NCBI GenBank assembly: GCA_964016885.1
Contig: OZ024740.1
Location: forward strand, 159,588,001 to 159,652,000
Origin: Eledone cirrhosa
Taxonomy: Eukaryota
Direction of reading: 5' to 3'
Length of the DNA stretch: 64,000 bases
Within the stretch, counting starts at the first letter, position 1; the number at the start of each line of letters is the position of its first letter. Position numbers and translations under genes: made by a program. Under the pieces are notes generated by a model. It made no database searches. It was not told the DNA's origin and was given only the letters and a program-made list of their open reading frames with translations. This document shows positions 24,925-41,300 of the stretch, piece by piece.

Positions 24925-27900
24925 ACACACACACAGATATATCACCAACACACACACACAGACATATCACCAACACACACACAGACATATCACCAACACA
25001 CACACACAGACATATCAACAACACACACACAGATATATCACCAACACACACACACAGACATATCACCAACACACACACAGACATATCAACAACACACACA
25101 CAGACATATCACCAACACACACACAGACATATCAACAACACACACACAGACATATCACCAACAGACACACAGACATATCATCAACACACACACAGACATA
25201 TCACCAACACACACACACAGACATATCACCAACACACACACAGACATATCACCAACAAACACACACAGACATATCACCAACACACACAGACATATCACCA
25301 ACACACACAGACATATCACCCACACATATCACCAACACACACACACATACATATCACCAACACACACACACACAGACATATCACCAACAAACACACACAG
25401 ACATATCACCAACACACACACAGACATATCACCAACACACACACACAGACATATCACCAACACACACACACAGACATATCACCAACACACACACAGACAT
25501 ATCATCAACACACACATAGACATATCACCAACACACACACACAGACATATCACCAACAAACACACACAGACATACCACCAACACACACAGACATATCACC
25601 CACACATATCACCAACACACCCACACATACATATCACCAACACACACACACAGACATATCACCAACAAACACACACAGACATATCACCAACACACACACA
25701 GACATATCACCAACACACACACACAGACATATCACCAACACACACACACAGACATATCACCAACACACACAGACATATCACCCACACACACATAGACATA
25801 TCACCAACGCACACACATATGTATCACCAACACACACAGACAGACATATCACCAACACACACACGGACATATCAACAGCACACACACAGACATATCACCC
25901 ACACACACACAGACATATCACCAACACACACACATACATATCACCAACACACACACACAGACATATCACCAACACACAGACATACATATCACCAACACAC
26001 ACACACACAGACATATCACCAACACACACACACACACAGACATATCACCAACACACAGACAGACATATCACCAACACACACACAGACATATCACCAACAC
26101 ACACACAGACATATCACCAACACACACACACAGACATATCACCAACACACACACACAGACATATCACCACACACACAGACAGACATATCGCCAACACACA
26201 CACACAGACATATCACCAACACACACACACAGACATATCACCACACACACAGACAGACATATCGCCAACACACACACACAGACATATCACCAACACACAC
26301 ACAGACATATCAGCAACACACACACACAGACATATCACCAACACACACACAGACATATCACCAACACACACACAGACATATCACCAACACACACACACAG
26401 ACATATCAACAACACACACACAGACATATCACCAACACACACACAGACATATCACCAACACACACACACAGACATATCACCAACACACAGACAGACATAT
26501 CAACAACACAGACAGACATATCACCAACACACACACACACAGACATATCACCAACACACAGACAAACATATCACCAACACACACATACAGACATATCACC
26601 AACACACACACACACATATCACCAACACACACACACAGACAAATCACCAACAGACACAGACATATCACCAACACACAGACAGACATATCACCAACACACA
26701 CACAGACATATCACCAACACACACACGCACACAGACATATCACCAACACACACACACACATATCACCAACACACACACACACACACACACACAGACATAT
26801 CACCAACACACACACACACAGACATATCACCAACACACACACACATACATATCACCAACACACACACAGACATATCACCAACACACACACAGACATATCA
26901 CCAACACACACACACAGACATATCACCAACACACACACAGACATATCACCAACACACACACACAGACATATCACCAACACACACACAGACATATCACCAA
27001 CACACACACACAGACATATCACTAACACACACACACAGACATATCACCAACACACACACACAGACATATCACCAACACACAGACAGACATATCACCAACA
27101 CACACACACACACAGACATATCACCAACACACAGATACAGACATATCACCAACACACACACAGACATATCACCAACACACACACACACACAGAGATATGA
27201 CCAACACACACACAGACATATCACCAACACACACACACACAGACATATCACCAACACACACACACATACATATCACCAACACACACACAGACATATCACC
27301 AACACACACACAGACATATCACCAACACACACACACAGACATATCACCAACACACACACAGACATATCACCAACACACACACACAGACATATCACCAACA
27401 CACACACAGACATATCACCAACACACACACACAGACATATCACTAACACACACACACAGACATATCACCAACACACACACACAGACATATGACCAACACA
27501 CACACAGACATATCACCAACACACACACACACACAGACATATCACCAACACACACACAGACATATCACCAACAGACAGACAGACATATCACCAACACACA
27601 CACAGACATATCACCAACACACACACGCACACAGACATATCACCAACACACACACAGACATATCACCAACACACACACGCACACAGACATATCACCAACA
27701 CGCACACAGACATATCACCAACACACACACACAGACATATCACCAACACACACACAGACATATCACCAACACACACACACAGACATATCACCAACACACA
27801 CACACTGACATATCACCAACACACAGACAGACATATCACCAATACACACATAGACATATCACCAACACACACACACACACATATCACCAACACACACACA

Positions 27901-29380
27901 GACATATCACCAACACACACACAGACATATCACCAACACACACACAGACATATCACCAACACACACACACACACATATCACCAACACACACACAGACATA
28001 TCACCAACACACACACACACACATATCACCAACACACACACAGACATATCACCAACACACACACACATATCACCAACACACACACAGACATATCACCAAC
28101 ACACACACAGACATATCACCAACACACACACACACACATATCACCAACACACACACAGACATATCACCAACACACACACACAGACATATCACCAACACAC
28201 AGACAGACATATCACCAACACACACACACACACAGACATATCACCAACACACACACAGACATATCACCAACACACACACACAGACATATCACCAACACAC
28301 AGACATATCACCAACACACACACACACACAGACATATCACCAACACACACACAGACATATCACCAACACACACACACAGACATATCACCAACACACAGAC
28401 ATATCACCAACACACACACACACACAGACATATCACCAACACACACACACACATATCACCAACACACACACACAGACATATCACCAACACACAGACATAT
28501 CACCAACACACACACAGACATATCACCAACACACACACACAGACATATCACCAACACACACACACACACAGACATATCACCAACACACACACAGACATAT
28601 CACCAACACACACACAGACATATCACCAACACACACACAGACATATCACCAACACACACACACACATATCACCAACACACACACAGACATATCACCAACA
28701 CACAGACAGACATATCACCAACACACACACACACAGACATATCACCAACACACACACAGACATATCACCAACACACACACAGACATATCACCAACACACA
28801 CACACACACAGACATATCACCAACACACACACACACATATCACCAACACACACACACAGACATATCACCAACACACAGACATATCACCAACACACACACA
28901 GACATATCACCAACACACACACAGACATATCACCAACACACACACAGACATATCACCAACACACACACACAGACATATCACCAACACACACACACACACA
29001 GACATATCACCAACACACACACACACATATCACCAACACACACACACAGACATATCACCAACACACACACAGACATATCACCAACACACACACAGACATA
29101 TCACCAACACACAGACATATCACCAACACACACACAGACATATCACCAACACACACACAGACATATCACCAACACACACACACACACAGACATATCACCA
29201 ACACACACACAGACATATCACCAACACACACACAGACATATCACCAACACACAGATACAGACATATCACCAACACACACACACAGACATATCAACAGCAC
29301 ACACACAGATGTATCACCAACACACACACAGACATATCACCAACACACACACGCAGACATATCACCAACACACACATATA
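24925..29380. repeat. Minisatellite: GACATATCACCAA core plus variable (CA)n, ~18-32 bp units
   Basis: Seen directly; roughly 180 units; source of the T/H-rich pseudo-ORFs. Confidence 0.97.
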
Positions 29381-30629
29381 TATATTAATGCACACGCACA
29401 CGCACACACACATACACACACACATGCACACACACACATGAACACACACACACACACAGCCACATGAACACACACACACACACACACACACACACGATGC
29501 TGCTGGTGTCTGATATTACAAGAAGAAATCTTCTTTTAGCAAACCACTTGACATTTTAGAATTACACCATCATCACTCTCCTCCTCACAATCATCATCAT
29601 CATCATCATCATCATCACCACCATGATGCCCATCGTCATCATCACCACCATGACTATTATTCTCAGCACCACCATCAGCAGCAGCATCACAACCATCAAC
29701 AAAATTATCTCCAGCATGATCCTCATCATCATCATCACTGTTACTACTATCATATCAACACCATCAGCCTCCCTATTCCTATTAGCTTCATCCTTCCACA
29801 TCAACATTTTCCTCTTCCCCACCGCTCCATCACTACCAATAACACTTTTCCTACCTCCAACAAACCATTACTCCTCACCTCCCTTGTTGGGGTGTATCAA
29901 AAGCTTATATGCTTCATTGGACATGGTCTTATATATATATATACACACAGACACACACATACACAAACATTGATATACATACACACATATATTCATGTAC
30001 ATATATACAGAGCCATACACAAACGATGGCATCCTAAACATCATATCCTAACCAGCTCTGTTAAGTAATCAAAATTAATGCTTCACTAGATATGGACATT
30101 CACAAAGACACACACACATATATGAACACAACACACACAACACACTCTTGCACAGTCACTCATATAATACACATACAACATACACATTCTTGTACTATAT
30201 AGTACACATACAATACACACACACACACTAACTCAATACTCACACTTGTACAACTACACATAATAAATATACACACACATATGTATACACACTGCTGAAG
30301 ACTTAGAAATAACTATCCTCACATCTATTCTGGACACTGAAAATGAATATGATTATTATCTTGGGGAGTATGGTAGAAATAAACACACATACATGCACAT
30401 GCGCACACACATACACATGCACACACACATAATAAATGGATCTTCCATCAGTTTTGATGATGAGTATTCCAGCTATTCTAGCAAATGAACTTCCTACCTA
30501 TTCATAGTAATATTGTGTAAGTGGTTGAGTATTTCCACTAATATATGTATCCTTAACGTATCTTGAGATAGTACCAGCTGGGCACTCTGTGTGACAAGAG
30601 TGGATCTTTGAAATACCTATCTATATAAT

Positions 30630-30808
30630 TGTTTCTACTTTTGGCACAAGGCCAGCAATTGCCCAGTATATTACTGGTACTTTATTTTATCGACCCCGTA
30701 AGGATAGAAGGCAAAGTTAACCTCGACGGGATTTGAACTCAGACCGTAATGGGACGTAACTGTGCTAGAAAGCATGGTGTCTAACCCTATATCGATACTA
30801 CCAATTCA
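30630..30808 (-). mobile_element. SINE with 14 bp target-site duplication
   Basis: CCTATCTATATAAT at 30616-30629 and 30809-30822. Confidence 0.85.
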
Positions 30809-31765
30809 CCTATCTATATAATGTGGAAGAAGCTGGGTTTCATTTCTGCTCACTACATCAGAATACCTAAGCTTTTAAGCATGAAGCTCACAGCATGTGG
30901 TTGTAAGTTAAGTACACTACATGAACCTTGCACACCCAGTTAGTTGGTTGGTGATATAGAAGGCTTGCCAAACAAAGGTTCACAAGGACACCAAAGCTGT
31001 ACCAAAGGCATGGCTCCCTCTCTAGTATTGGTATCTACTTGATAAATGCATTCAGTATAGTCGGTGAAAAGCATGGTGATAAGAATGGCATTGGACCATT
31101 GAAAACTTTTTTTAAAAAAAGGTTGGAGAGGACTCTTCCGCCGTGTCAAAGACATGACAACCTCCCTAGGGCTGGTGCCATGATAAAATGCACTCAATAG
31201 ATTGCAGAAACAAATGTGAGATGTGGTCCCACCCTAGCCTGCATGTATACTTGGTAGAGTGCAGGAACATATGTAAGCTAGATGTGAGCTTTGACCTGTC
31301 TGAGAAGTCAGTAACTCTGCTTGATTACTGACTTGGTCTGTGATGACCTATTCAACCTTTGGTTACAATGGAAGTAGAAGTTAAATGCTGCTGCTGATGA
31401 TGATGCTGAACATTTTTCTACAGAGGGATGTGCATACACAATGGTAGACTCTTGACCATTTGCTATGTAGGAGCATGAAACTCAAAGACTTAAGATCGCC
31501 AAGTGAAGTTCTTGATACCTCACCTTGGCCGTGCCTATAACAATATATGTATATATATAAATTCAGTTATACAGAAAATAGAATTAGAGTCTTTCACTGT
31601 AACTTGGCTATAAAATATCGTTCAATATTAGAGCATACTAGACCACCATTCATAATATTTTAAAATCATGTTCAGTTAAAAGTAATTTTTACATAATTAA
31701 AATATACACAGACATGTATATAATGTAAAATGAAACTGGAAGGCCCATATATATGCGTGTGTGTG

Positions 31766-31802
<37 letters not shown>

Positions 31803-32319
31803 ATATATATATGTGGGTATCTGTGTTCTATATACACTGGTCATAGACACACACACCTATACACACACACATATATATATACACACACACACTCACATAT
31901 ATATATATATATATATACACAACACCAATATCTCTCTCTCTCTCTCTTCCATTCTCATTCTCTATCTACTTCTCTATCTCTCTTTCTGTCTCTTTCAATC
32001 TACTCTCTCACAACCACTATCTCTCTCTCTTTCCCATTCCCCTTCTCTGTCTCCTTCTCTCTCCCTCTCTATGTTTTTTTGTCAATCTATTCTCTCACAA
32101 CCACCATCTCTTTCTACCTCTCTATTTATGAAATATCCAGAAAACCCCATATCTTGAGAACTCATGGTATGATGTACACAAAACTTGTTTTATTCCATTT
32201 ATATTCCCATTTCAGGGGCAACTTTCGTTGAAAGTATTTTCCCATTATGCTCCCTTTTGGCTGTATTACATTTCAGACAGGCAAGCAAGCAATCAATCAC
32301 AGAATGTTAGTAGTATATA

Positions 32320-33600
32320 GATATATTTCTTTATTTGCCACAAGGGCGCACAAGAAAAGGGGACAATGCAAAGACACATGCCGGGGATTTTACATACTGT
32401 TGTGTAAAAATATTGAAACAAACAATTATAACAATCGAAATCCCCAATAGTGGGGAAGCGCCACAAATGGGTTGTTTAATACCCCGTCGATAGAACAACC
32501 CTCAACTTCAAGAGCATGTTTTGCAAGTGCTCCCTTCTTCCTTTTGCTCTCTTCTTTAACCTACAGGCTTATAAACAGAGAAGGCCCAATCACTCGGGCC
32601 ATTTTTGCTTCATTCACCGACCTTTCAGTAAATTTACTAGGGTGCAGTGCCTCTCTCTCCACTCTGATTCTCCTTCTAAAGTGATGCTTAAAGAAGTGAA
32701 TCAATTGTTGTCCGGAGAGAAAGGCATCTGTCCTCAGTCCTCTCAATCTCATCCACCATATAACCTCTTTCACCATAGCCACTGTACAGAGGAAAACCGC
32801 TCTCTTTCGTTTTTGAAAGAGGTTGGCGCTTTGATTCTTACTATGGACTCAGCAGTCAACTGGATTTGTCCCATACGTGACAGCAGTTATTCTGCATAGT
32901 TCCACAGGTCGCTTACACCCAGGCAGTGTACAATTGTGTGCAAGATGGTTTCAATGTCCTGCTCGCATCTTGGACACGTCCTCTTGGAAGGATCCCTGCC
33001 GGGGCGTCCGTGCCTGTAGATCTTATCTCAAACGTGTAGAGCTCCTTGGTAGCACTGCCAGGCCAAGGACCTCTGGAAGTTGTCCATAGGTCCTGGGCAG
33101 AAAGTCCTACTGAACAGAATGGTGAGCTCATCGTCTTTGATGCCTAGAGTCTCCCCGAGCATGTCGTCGCACTTGTAAAGTACTAACCCTCTATAGAATA
33201 TCGAAGTGGAGTCTCCACTGATTGCTGTGCCCGCTTGACAGAGGACTGTGAGCACCTGGGCACATTCAATGTGCCAGGCACCCATCTTCTTCGGTCTTCG
33301 CTTCACCCAGGACTGAAGCTCTGTCAGCGAGACAAGTTGTGGGAAGGCCTGTCTCACAAACGGTGCCCACACCGGTTGGTCGGTGAAGAATACTTGGAGA
33401 TGCCGTAGCCTCAGCGCACGTTTGCGCATCATTAGCCACGGCATGCCAAGCACTCCATTGGAAGGGTGTTGACAGCAGACGGATCTCCTCACCAGTGGGA
33501 TCTGCTTTTTCCACAGGAACTGGAAGAGCATGCGTTCCATCTTGGTGAGGTATTCACGGGGACAAGGCACGACAGTCAAGTGGTAATAGATAGATAGATG
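32320..33600 (-). mobile_element. Tx1/L1-like LINE 3' fragment (post-RT region and CCHC zinc knuckle)
   Basis: LFQFLW...GMP...ALRL; CPRCEQDIETILHTIVHC near 32930-32985; AATAAA near the 3' end. Confidence 0.8.
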
Positions 33601-36600
33601 AAACCTCCTAACAGAAAACAATGAGCATTAGGGTGTGGGAAACAGTGCATTTGTTTTCTGTTATGGGGGTTGATATGTCTTAATATTGGACTATATTCTA
33701 TATTCAATACTTACAGTGAAAGCTTCTAATTATATAATCATTAATCATTAATCATATTGTCTGAAAAATGTCCAGATAATGAGAGTGCTAAAATGTCTAG
33801 AAACTAAGAATAAATCTTTTACCATCTCTATGTAAGTTCATTCACTTACTTTCAGATCTTCTTATTGCACTTACATAAGTGTATATATATACACATGATA
33901 TTTGGATACATTTTGTCTAGAGAATTCTTACTGTTTAATTATTGTATATATATATATATATATATATATGGATGACTTGGGATGAGGTTATAATAGCTGA
34001 CCTTGTCCAGTAGCAACTCTCAAAGGCGGTGACACAGAACCGAGATCTCGGGTGTTAAGCAGTATTACAGACCAGACTTCCCATGGTCACAGGTTGAAAC
34101 TGAAGCATATAAATAGTATGCACCACACCACCCTACCTCACCAATGAGGACAGGCATATATCCAGTGAAGCCTCCAGTCCACACTTTAAAGTGGTCGTGA
34201 TGGTGATATGGCGAAAAAGCAATCAGTCCACACTGTAAAGGGGTTGTGTAGGTATCAAGACAAAATGCACTCAATATTCACTGTAAACGAGGTTGGCACT
34301 AAGAAGGGCATCCAGTTGTAGAAACCAAGCCACAGTTGGTTCTATATGAGCAAGACATGGTCACCTGACCTGGCATTGCTCACATCAAGATAACTCGTCT
34401 AAACCATGCCAGCGTGGAAAAGTGGACATTAAACAGAGATGGTGATGATTATGATACTCATCTCATACTTCTCAGATGGTATACACAGTCAATTGGTGGC
34501 ACCAGGCTAGCAAGCTGGTCATTCATTTCTGTACAATAACAACAGCAACAATTTTGAACTTGTAAATCATAGTCTTGGTATTTAGTGTCCTGTAAAAAAG
34601 TAAGGGTAAATATAAGAGAAAAATAAAACGAAAATTAAAATAGTATATAATGAATGATCACCTTACATTATATAAGTGATGATCACCTTACTTGCCTGGA
34701 ACCAGCAATTCACAATATCTGAGGGAATATTGAGAGGGTGACAAGAGAAAAGATTGGGCTAATAGAAACCATGCCCTAAATGATGCAAAGAAAAACAACT
34801 CTGTGTAATTCCATATGCTAGCTGAGTGGTGAAGAAACAACACCTAAGCCCTCTATTTGGTGTAATGTATAAGAACTTATATTTATGCAAGTAAAAAACT
34901 ATCTGGTGAGATTGTATCTGATTATCACATAACAGATGCCATTAAAATATGTATAACAATGATTATGTAATATATGGGGTGGCGATAATGCTTGTATGTA
35001 TATACTTCACTTATATGTCTACTGCTATAGAGAAAGTAATATTTTGTCACATGTGCACTATCATTTCTAATGTATATAGCAAGAATATATTGTACTGATC
35101 CTATGAATATATTATACTATTATATTGAAATATATATGTAATGAATTTGAAGAGGTGTTTGAAGTCTGCATATAAGAAAATATATGGAAATAATTATTGT
35201 CAACAGAAGGCTAATATATTTTATTTGAAACAAACTCTGTTCTTAGCTATTAATTAATTTATGGAACCAGGAAATATTAAAGAGAATGTTGATGTCAGTG
35301 GAGTTTCAAAGAAATTCTAGAAGAATTTTGTTCAGTGAATACCATTGTAGTTATATAAATAAAATATTAACAACAACAATGATCATATATTCAAGAAGAG
35401 GCTACATCTTATTGCAGGCTTCTTTACCACAATGCCCACCATAAAACTCTGCATGATAGTGGAGTGTACAATGTTGTTATTAAAAAAGAACTTGATGCAG
35501 GCATAGCTCAAAGGTGCAGGAATGGCTGTGTGGTTAAGGAGTTTACTTTGCAACTATGTCATTTCAGATTCAACCCCAATCAGGGGCAACTCATCAACAT
35601 CAACATCACTGCTTGATATCTATTTTCCATGCCTGGTTGTCACATTCTGAGACTAAATAGCTCAGGTATCTGCATCTTGTTCCCACTTCATTTCTATGGC
35701 TGGATGCGATTCCTAATGCTAATCACTTTACAGCATCGACTAGGAGAAATGTTTGTGACTGCAGCACTACCACCTTCAAATGTAAACTGGAAGCATTTTT
35801 CGTGGTGTTAACACTACCAACTTACATTGTTGACTGAGTGCTTCTGTAGGGACACTAACACATTACGCAGTGAACTGGGTATTTTAGTCATGGAACCAGC
35901 ACTTGACTTTGTGATTATTATCATGGCACCAGCACCTTACAAAGAAGTATAAATATAACAATAATGGTCATATATACAAGAAGTGTCGCAGCTTGTCCCA
36001 GGCTATTTCACCACAACCCACACTATAAAACATTGCATGATAGTGGAGTGATGCTGCTATTAATAAAGAGGTAGATATAGCTATAAGTGCTAGCATAGCT
36101 CAAAGGTTCAGGCATGGTTTAATGGTTATATCTTACTCAACACTAGTTGACCAATACCTTATGTGTGAAATGGTGGAAGCCCATTGTATATACGTGTGTC
36201 TGTGTTTACAATTACTGTTTATGTCCTGTAACTTAGCAGTTTGACTAGAAAATGATCAACAAAATAAGTACATAAAGAAAAATCAGTTCTGGGGTTGATA
36301 CGATTGATTAGTCATGGCAATGCCCCAGCAAGTAACAGTACTGGTGTTGATATGAGACTAAATTATATATGTATCTATGTATAAAACAGTGTCCCAGCAC
36401 AGCCACTGTCTAATGACTGAATCCAATAAAATAGTGTGGTCAATATGATTGGCTAAATCATGTCTGTCTGCCCCAGCATGGCCATAGTCTAAATGCTAAA
36501 GCTAGCAAAAGTTGATCTATATGAGCTGGATGATATGTAGGTACATCTGTATCCCAAGTAGATGGCTGCTCATACAGAGCTACTTGGTGCCGATAGACAG

Positions 36601-37144
36601 TATCTTGTTAGCCAGCATCTGAGGAGGCCTCAATGTGGTCACTTCAGCTGTAAGAGATAACAACCAAATAATACTACAAACTCTTAAGAAAGGGAAGAAC
36701 ATACAGAAAATAACGGGATTATAGATACTGTATAGCAAAAAAGGATGTCTTTGATCATAAGGCTGCTCAATCAAGGTTGACTTGGGGATAAACAGCAATA
36801 CAAAAAGAGATAAATCAAGAGCAACAACAAGAACAACAACAGCATTAGAAGTAGTATTGGATGATGTGTAAATGAAAAGTTGTGGAGTGCCATGGTAACA
36901 TTAGATGATCCATAAAGCATTCCCAATATCATGTTCCTATCCTTCAGATACAATATATTGTAAAGGTTAACCAATATAGTATTGTATCAGCTTGTAGATG
37001 TTTGCAGTGGATGTTTGTGCATATGTGTGCCTCTCTCTCCATTTCTCACCCCACCTCCTCTCTCTTTCTCTCTCTCTCTCCCCTCTCTCTCTCCCTCCTC
37101 TCCTCACTCTCTCCCTCTCTTTTTATCTCTATATATAGGTTATA

Positions 37145-37200
<56 letters not shown>

Positions 37201-37225
37201 CATATATACATATATATATACATAT

Positions 37226-37302
<77 letters not shown>

Positions 37303-37381
37303 TATACATATATATACATATATATATATATACATGTATATACAGATGTGAGAAAAACCACAGACCCTCCATCTCAACTCA

Positions 37382-37419
37382 CCTTTTGAAAAGCAGAAGA
37401 ACTGCGAAACCGGTAAAGG
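37382..37419 (+). ncRNA. Type I minimal hammerhead ribozyme-like motif with U3-A8 core
   Basis: CCTT-TTGAAAA-GCAG-aagaa-CTGC-GAAA-CCGG-TA-AAGG; all three stems pair; stem III is the palindrome ACCGGT. Confidence 0.65.
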
Positions 37420-37550
37420 AACCAAATAAATATATATATTTTTTTTAAAAATAAGACTTCAGTTGCATTTTCGATTTCATCTCTTTTTCTTTATACTTCC
37501 ACTCGTGTAGGACACCTCGGTTATTTTTCATTTTGTAAAAAAAACCTCAC

Positions 37551-37607
<57 letters not shown>

Positions 37608-37746
37608 CACATGTAAGTGTGTTCTGTTATTATTTCTGAGAATATTATTACAACAATATGACCCTCCCCAAGTGTAACAATTTCTGTTTCGATGCACAAT
37701 TTCATATCAAAAACCTCGCAAAACAAATTCATCGCCGTTATATATC

Positions 37747-37799
<53 letters not shown>

Positions 37800-37864
37800 A
37801 TATGTATATATATATATGTGTGTGTGTGTGTGTATAAGTATATATATATATATATATATATGTG

Positions 37865-37901
<37 letters not shown>

Positions 37902-38056
37902 ATATGCATATATATATATATGTGTATATGCATATGTGTATATGCATATATATATAAATATATGTGTATATGTATATATATATGTGTATATGTATATATA
38001 TATATGTGTATATGTGTATATATATATATATGTGTATATATATATATATATATGTG

Positions 38057-38119
<63 letters not shown>

Positions 38120-38315
38120 ATATGTATATATATATATATATATGTGTGTGTATATGCATATATATATATGTGTATATGCATATGTGTATATGCATATATA
38201 TATAAATATATGTGTATATGTATATATATATGTGTATATGTATATATATGTGTATATATATATATATATCTGTATATGTATATATATATGTGTATATGTA
38301 TATATATATATATGT

Positions 38316-41300
38316 ATCATCATCATCATCATCATCAACGTTTAACGTCCGTGTTCCACGCTTGCATGGGTTTGGACGGGGGTAGTCCCACTTGAGGCAA
38401 GAGTGATTGTCTTGCTCGCATAGGACTGTCTGGCAGGTTTTCTACAGTTGGATGCCCTTCCTAACACCAACCACATTTACAGTGTGGGTCTGGGAGGTTT
38501 TTACCGTGTTGCCTACACGGCCACATTACAGCGTGGACTGTGTGTTTTTTTGTCGTGACACCTACACGATCTCATTTGTTTCGGCCTCGATGGCGCGGCA
38601 CCAACATAACTTTACATAGAACGGGGTGGTGTGGATGGGGTGGGGGTGGTGGTGGTGGGACGGGGTGTATTTTGTTAGAGATGCCTACTGGCTGGAGTAG
38701 GTTTTACTATATATTTAGGTAAGGCGGGTCTTCTCTGTTACTGAGTACCGCCAAAGGTCTCGGTCCAGTGACATTGTCTTGGAGAGGTGTAAGTGTGTGA
38801 TGTCGGAGTTTATCAGCTCGTCCCAGGTTTTTCTAGGTCTGCCTATTCCGTGACTACCGTCTATCTTTATTGCCCTGCACTTTGTTATACAGCTATCGAC
38901 TTTCATGCGCATCACGTGTCCATACCAACGTAGCCTTCTCTCGAGTAAACAACATCTGATCCCTCTTATCTCTAATTTTTTCCTTAGTTCGTTTATGCTT
39001 TGCCGTTCACGTATATTACTGTTACACATCCAGCAGAGCATGCAAGCTTCGTTCCTCTCTAGTCTGCGTATATCCTCTTCACACAATGCCCAGGTCTCAC
39101 TGCCATGCAGCATTGCTGTTCGTATGCAGGCATCGTACAACCTGCCTTTCATTTTTAGTGAGAACCCTTTAGCAGCTAATAGTGGTATAAGCTCTCTGAA
39201 CTTTTTCCAACCAGTTCTGACTCTAGCTACAGTACTTTCAGAGCACCCTCCCCCACTGCTGATTTTATCGCCCAGGTAACGGAAGCTGTCCACTATTTCT
39301 ATAGAACCCTCTGCGCAATTGAAAGAGCTAGTATTTTGTGGGCACTTGCTGCTACTTATTGCACCAGAGCACCGGCCACATGTAAAATCTATGTTCTTAG
39401 TTAGCTTACCTGTGATCCCACTACATCTTTTATGCACCCATACTTTGCATTTAGGACATAAAATGGAGTTTCTACCTACGCCTTTCCTACACACCGAGCA
39501 CGACCATTTCCCAGAAGGGACCACCGCCTTGTTTTCTTTCCTACAAACTAGTACTTTGGTCTTAGCCAGGTTAATTTTAAGTCCTTTTGACTCTAGGCCG
39601 TGCTTCCATGTTTGGAATTTCTTCTCTAGCTCGGCCATTGATTCCGCTATGAGTGTCAGGTCGTCTGCGTATAGGAGTTCCCATGGGCAGCCTGTCTTGA
39701 ACTCCTCTGTTATAGCCTGAAGGGCAATAATAAATAGTAGTGGGCTGAGAACAGAGCCCTGATGGACGCCAACTTTTACGCTAAACTCTTCACTATATTC
39801 GTTGTTAATTCTAACCTTGCTGACTGTTTCTTTATACATGGCTTGTATAGCCCTCACAAGCCATTCGTCAACGCCTAGTTTTCTAAGAGCCCACCAGATA
39901 ATGGAGCGGGGACTCTGTCGAAGGCTTTCTCCAAGTCGACAAAAGCTAAGTAGAGGGGTTTACCTTTAGCTAGGTACTTCTCCTGTAGTTGTCGTACTAT
40001 GAAAAGAGCGTCTGTGGTACTTTTGCCTGACACAAACCCGAACTGCATTTCATCTAGGTCAATTCTCTCTCTGATTAGTTGCGCTATTACTTTTTCCGTG
40101 ACCTTCATGACCTGGTCGATTAATTTAATGCCTCTATAGTTACTCCTATCTAGGGCGTCTCCTTTACCCTTATAACAGTTAACGATGATGCTGCTATGCC
40201 AGTCCTTCGGAACAACCCCATTCTGTACGACTTGGTTAACTATGCGGGTGACCATGGTGTGTCCCACCGTGCCAGATGCCTTCAGCATCTCAGCAACTAT
40301 TTCCGAAGGCCCAGCCGCCTTACCCGTCTTCATATCCTTGATTGCCTTACTTATTATACTCCCCTCGACTAACACTGCTGGTCCCTCTATTGGGTCGATA
40401 TAGGGGAGACTGTCTTTCTCCCATTTATTCTCCTCATTTAGTAGCCTTTCATAGTGACACTTCCAAGCTACCTTCTTATCAGCGTCGGTGATGGCAAGTG
40501 TGCCATCGTCGTTTAGTACACACTTCTCCCCGACAATATCACGGTTTTCCTTGACGCATTGCCTAGCAATCCTGAACACCTCACGTTTTTGGTCATCGCG
40601 TTGTAGAACATGCTTGAACTTTCTTTCCTCAGCTTCCCTTCTTGCTAAGTACACTTGTCTCCTAGCTTCCCTCCTGGCCACTTGATAGTCCTCTCTACTT
40701 CCCCCATCCCGCCATACTTTCCAAGCCTGCTTTTTGGCCTTAATTGACCCCTCCACCTTACTGTTCCACCACCATGTTAGTCTCCTCCTGCCTACAGGCC
40801 TGCTCCAGCCACAGACTTCGTCTGTCGCCATCAGCAGGTTTGCTTTCAGAAATTCCCACTGTCCCTCTATATTGTCCGACTCTAAATGCTCTTCCTTACT
40901 GTCGAAAGCATCAAGTAATATGCTTTGAAATTTATTTCTGGCTGTGGGGTCCTTTAGCTTCCATATTTTTCTCCTGAGGATAGTCCTCTTCTGCTGTCGA
41001 GTACGTCTCGTCCTGACTATGAGGTCGCTAATTATCAGTCTATGTTGGGAGGTGCATTCTTCATGGGGGAGGGATTTAGTGTTTACAACAGACACTCTGT
41101 CACGTCTTCTGGTAAGGATATAATCTACCTGGCTTGTGTGTTCCCCGGATCTATAGGTGTTTTGAAGTTAGTGTTACAGATAGTTAGGTTATTTGCATCA
41201 CAGAATTCCAGGATTCTGGAGCCTTCCTCATTTCTAGTACCAAACCCATAGCCTCCATGGATTTCGTCGTAGCCGTCACAATGTTGTCCAACGTGACCAT

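Noticed and set aside
24925-29380. CRISPR-like repeat/spacer look and 557-650 aa ORFs
   Set aside because: Spacers are only (CA)n, there are no cas genes and the context is eukaryotic; the ORFs stay open because the repeat lacks stop codons.
35365-36115. Imperfect ~150 bp duplication flanking decayed SINE pieces
   Set aside because: Old diverged local duplication with no distinctive structure.
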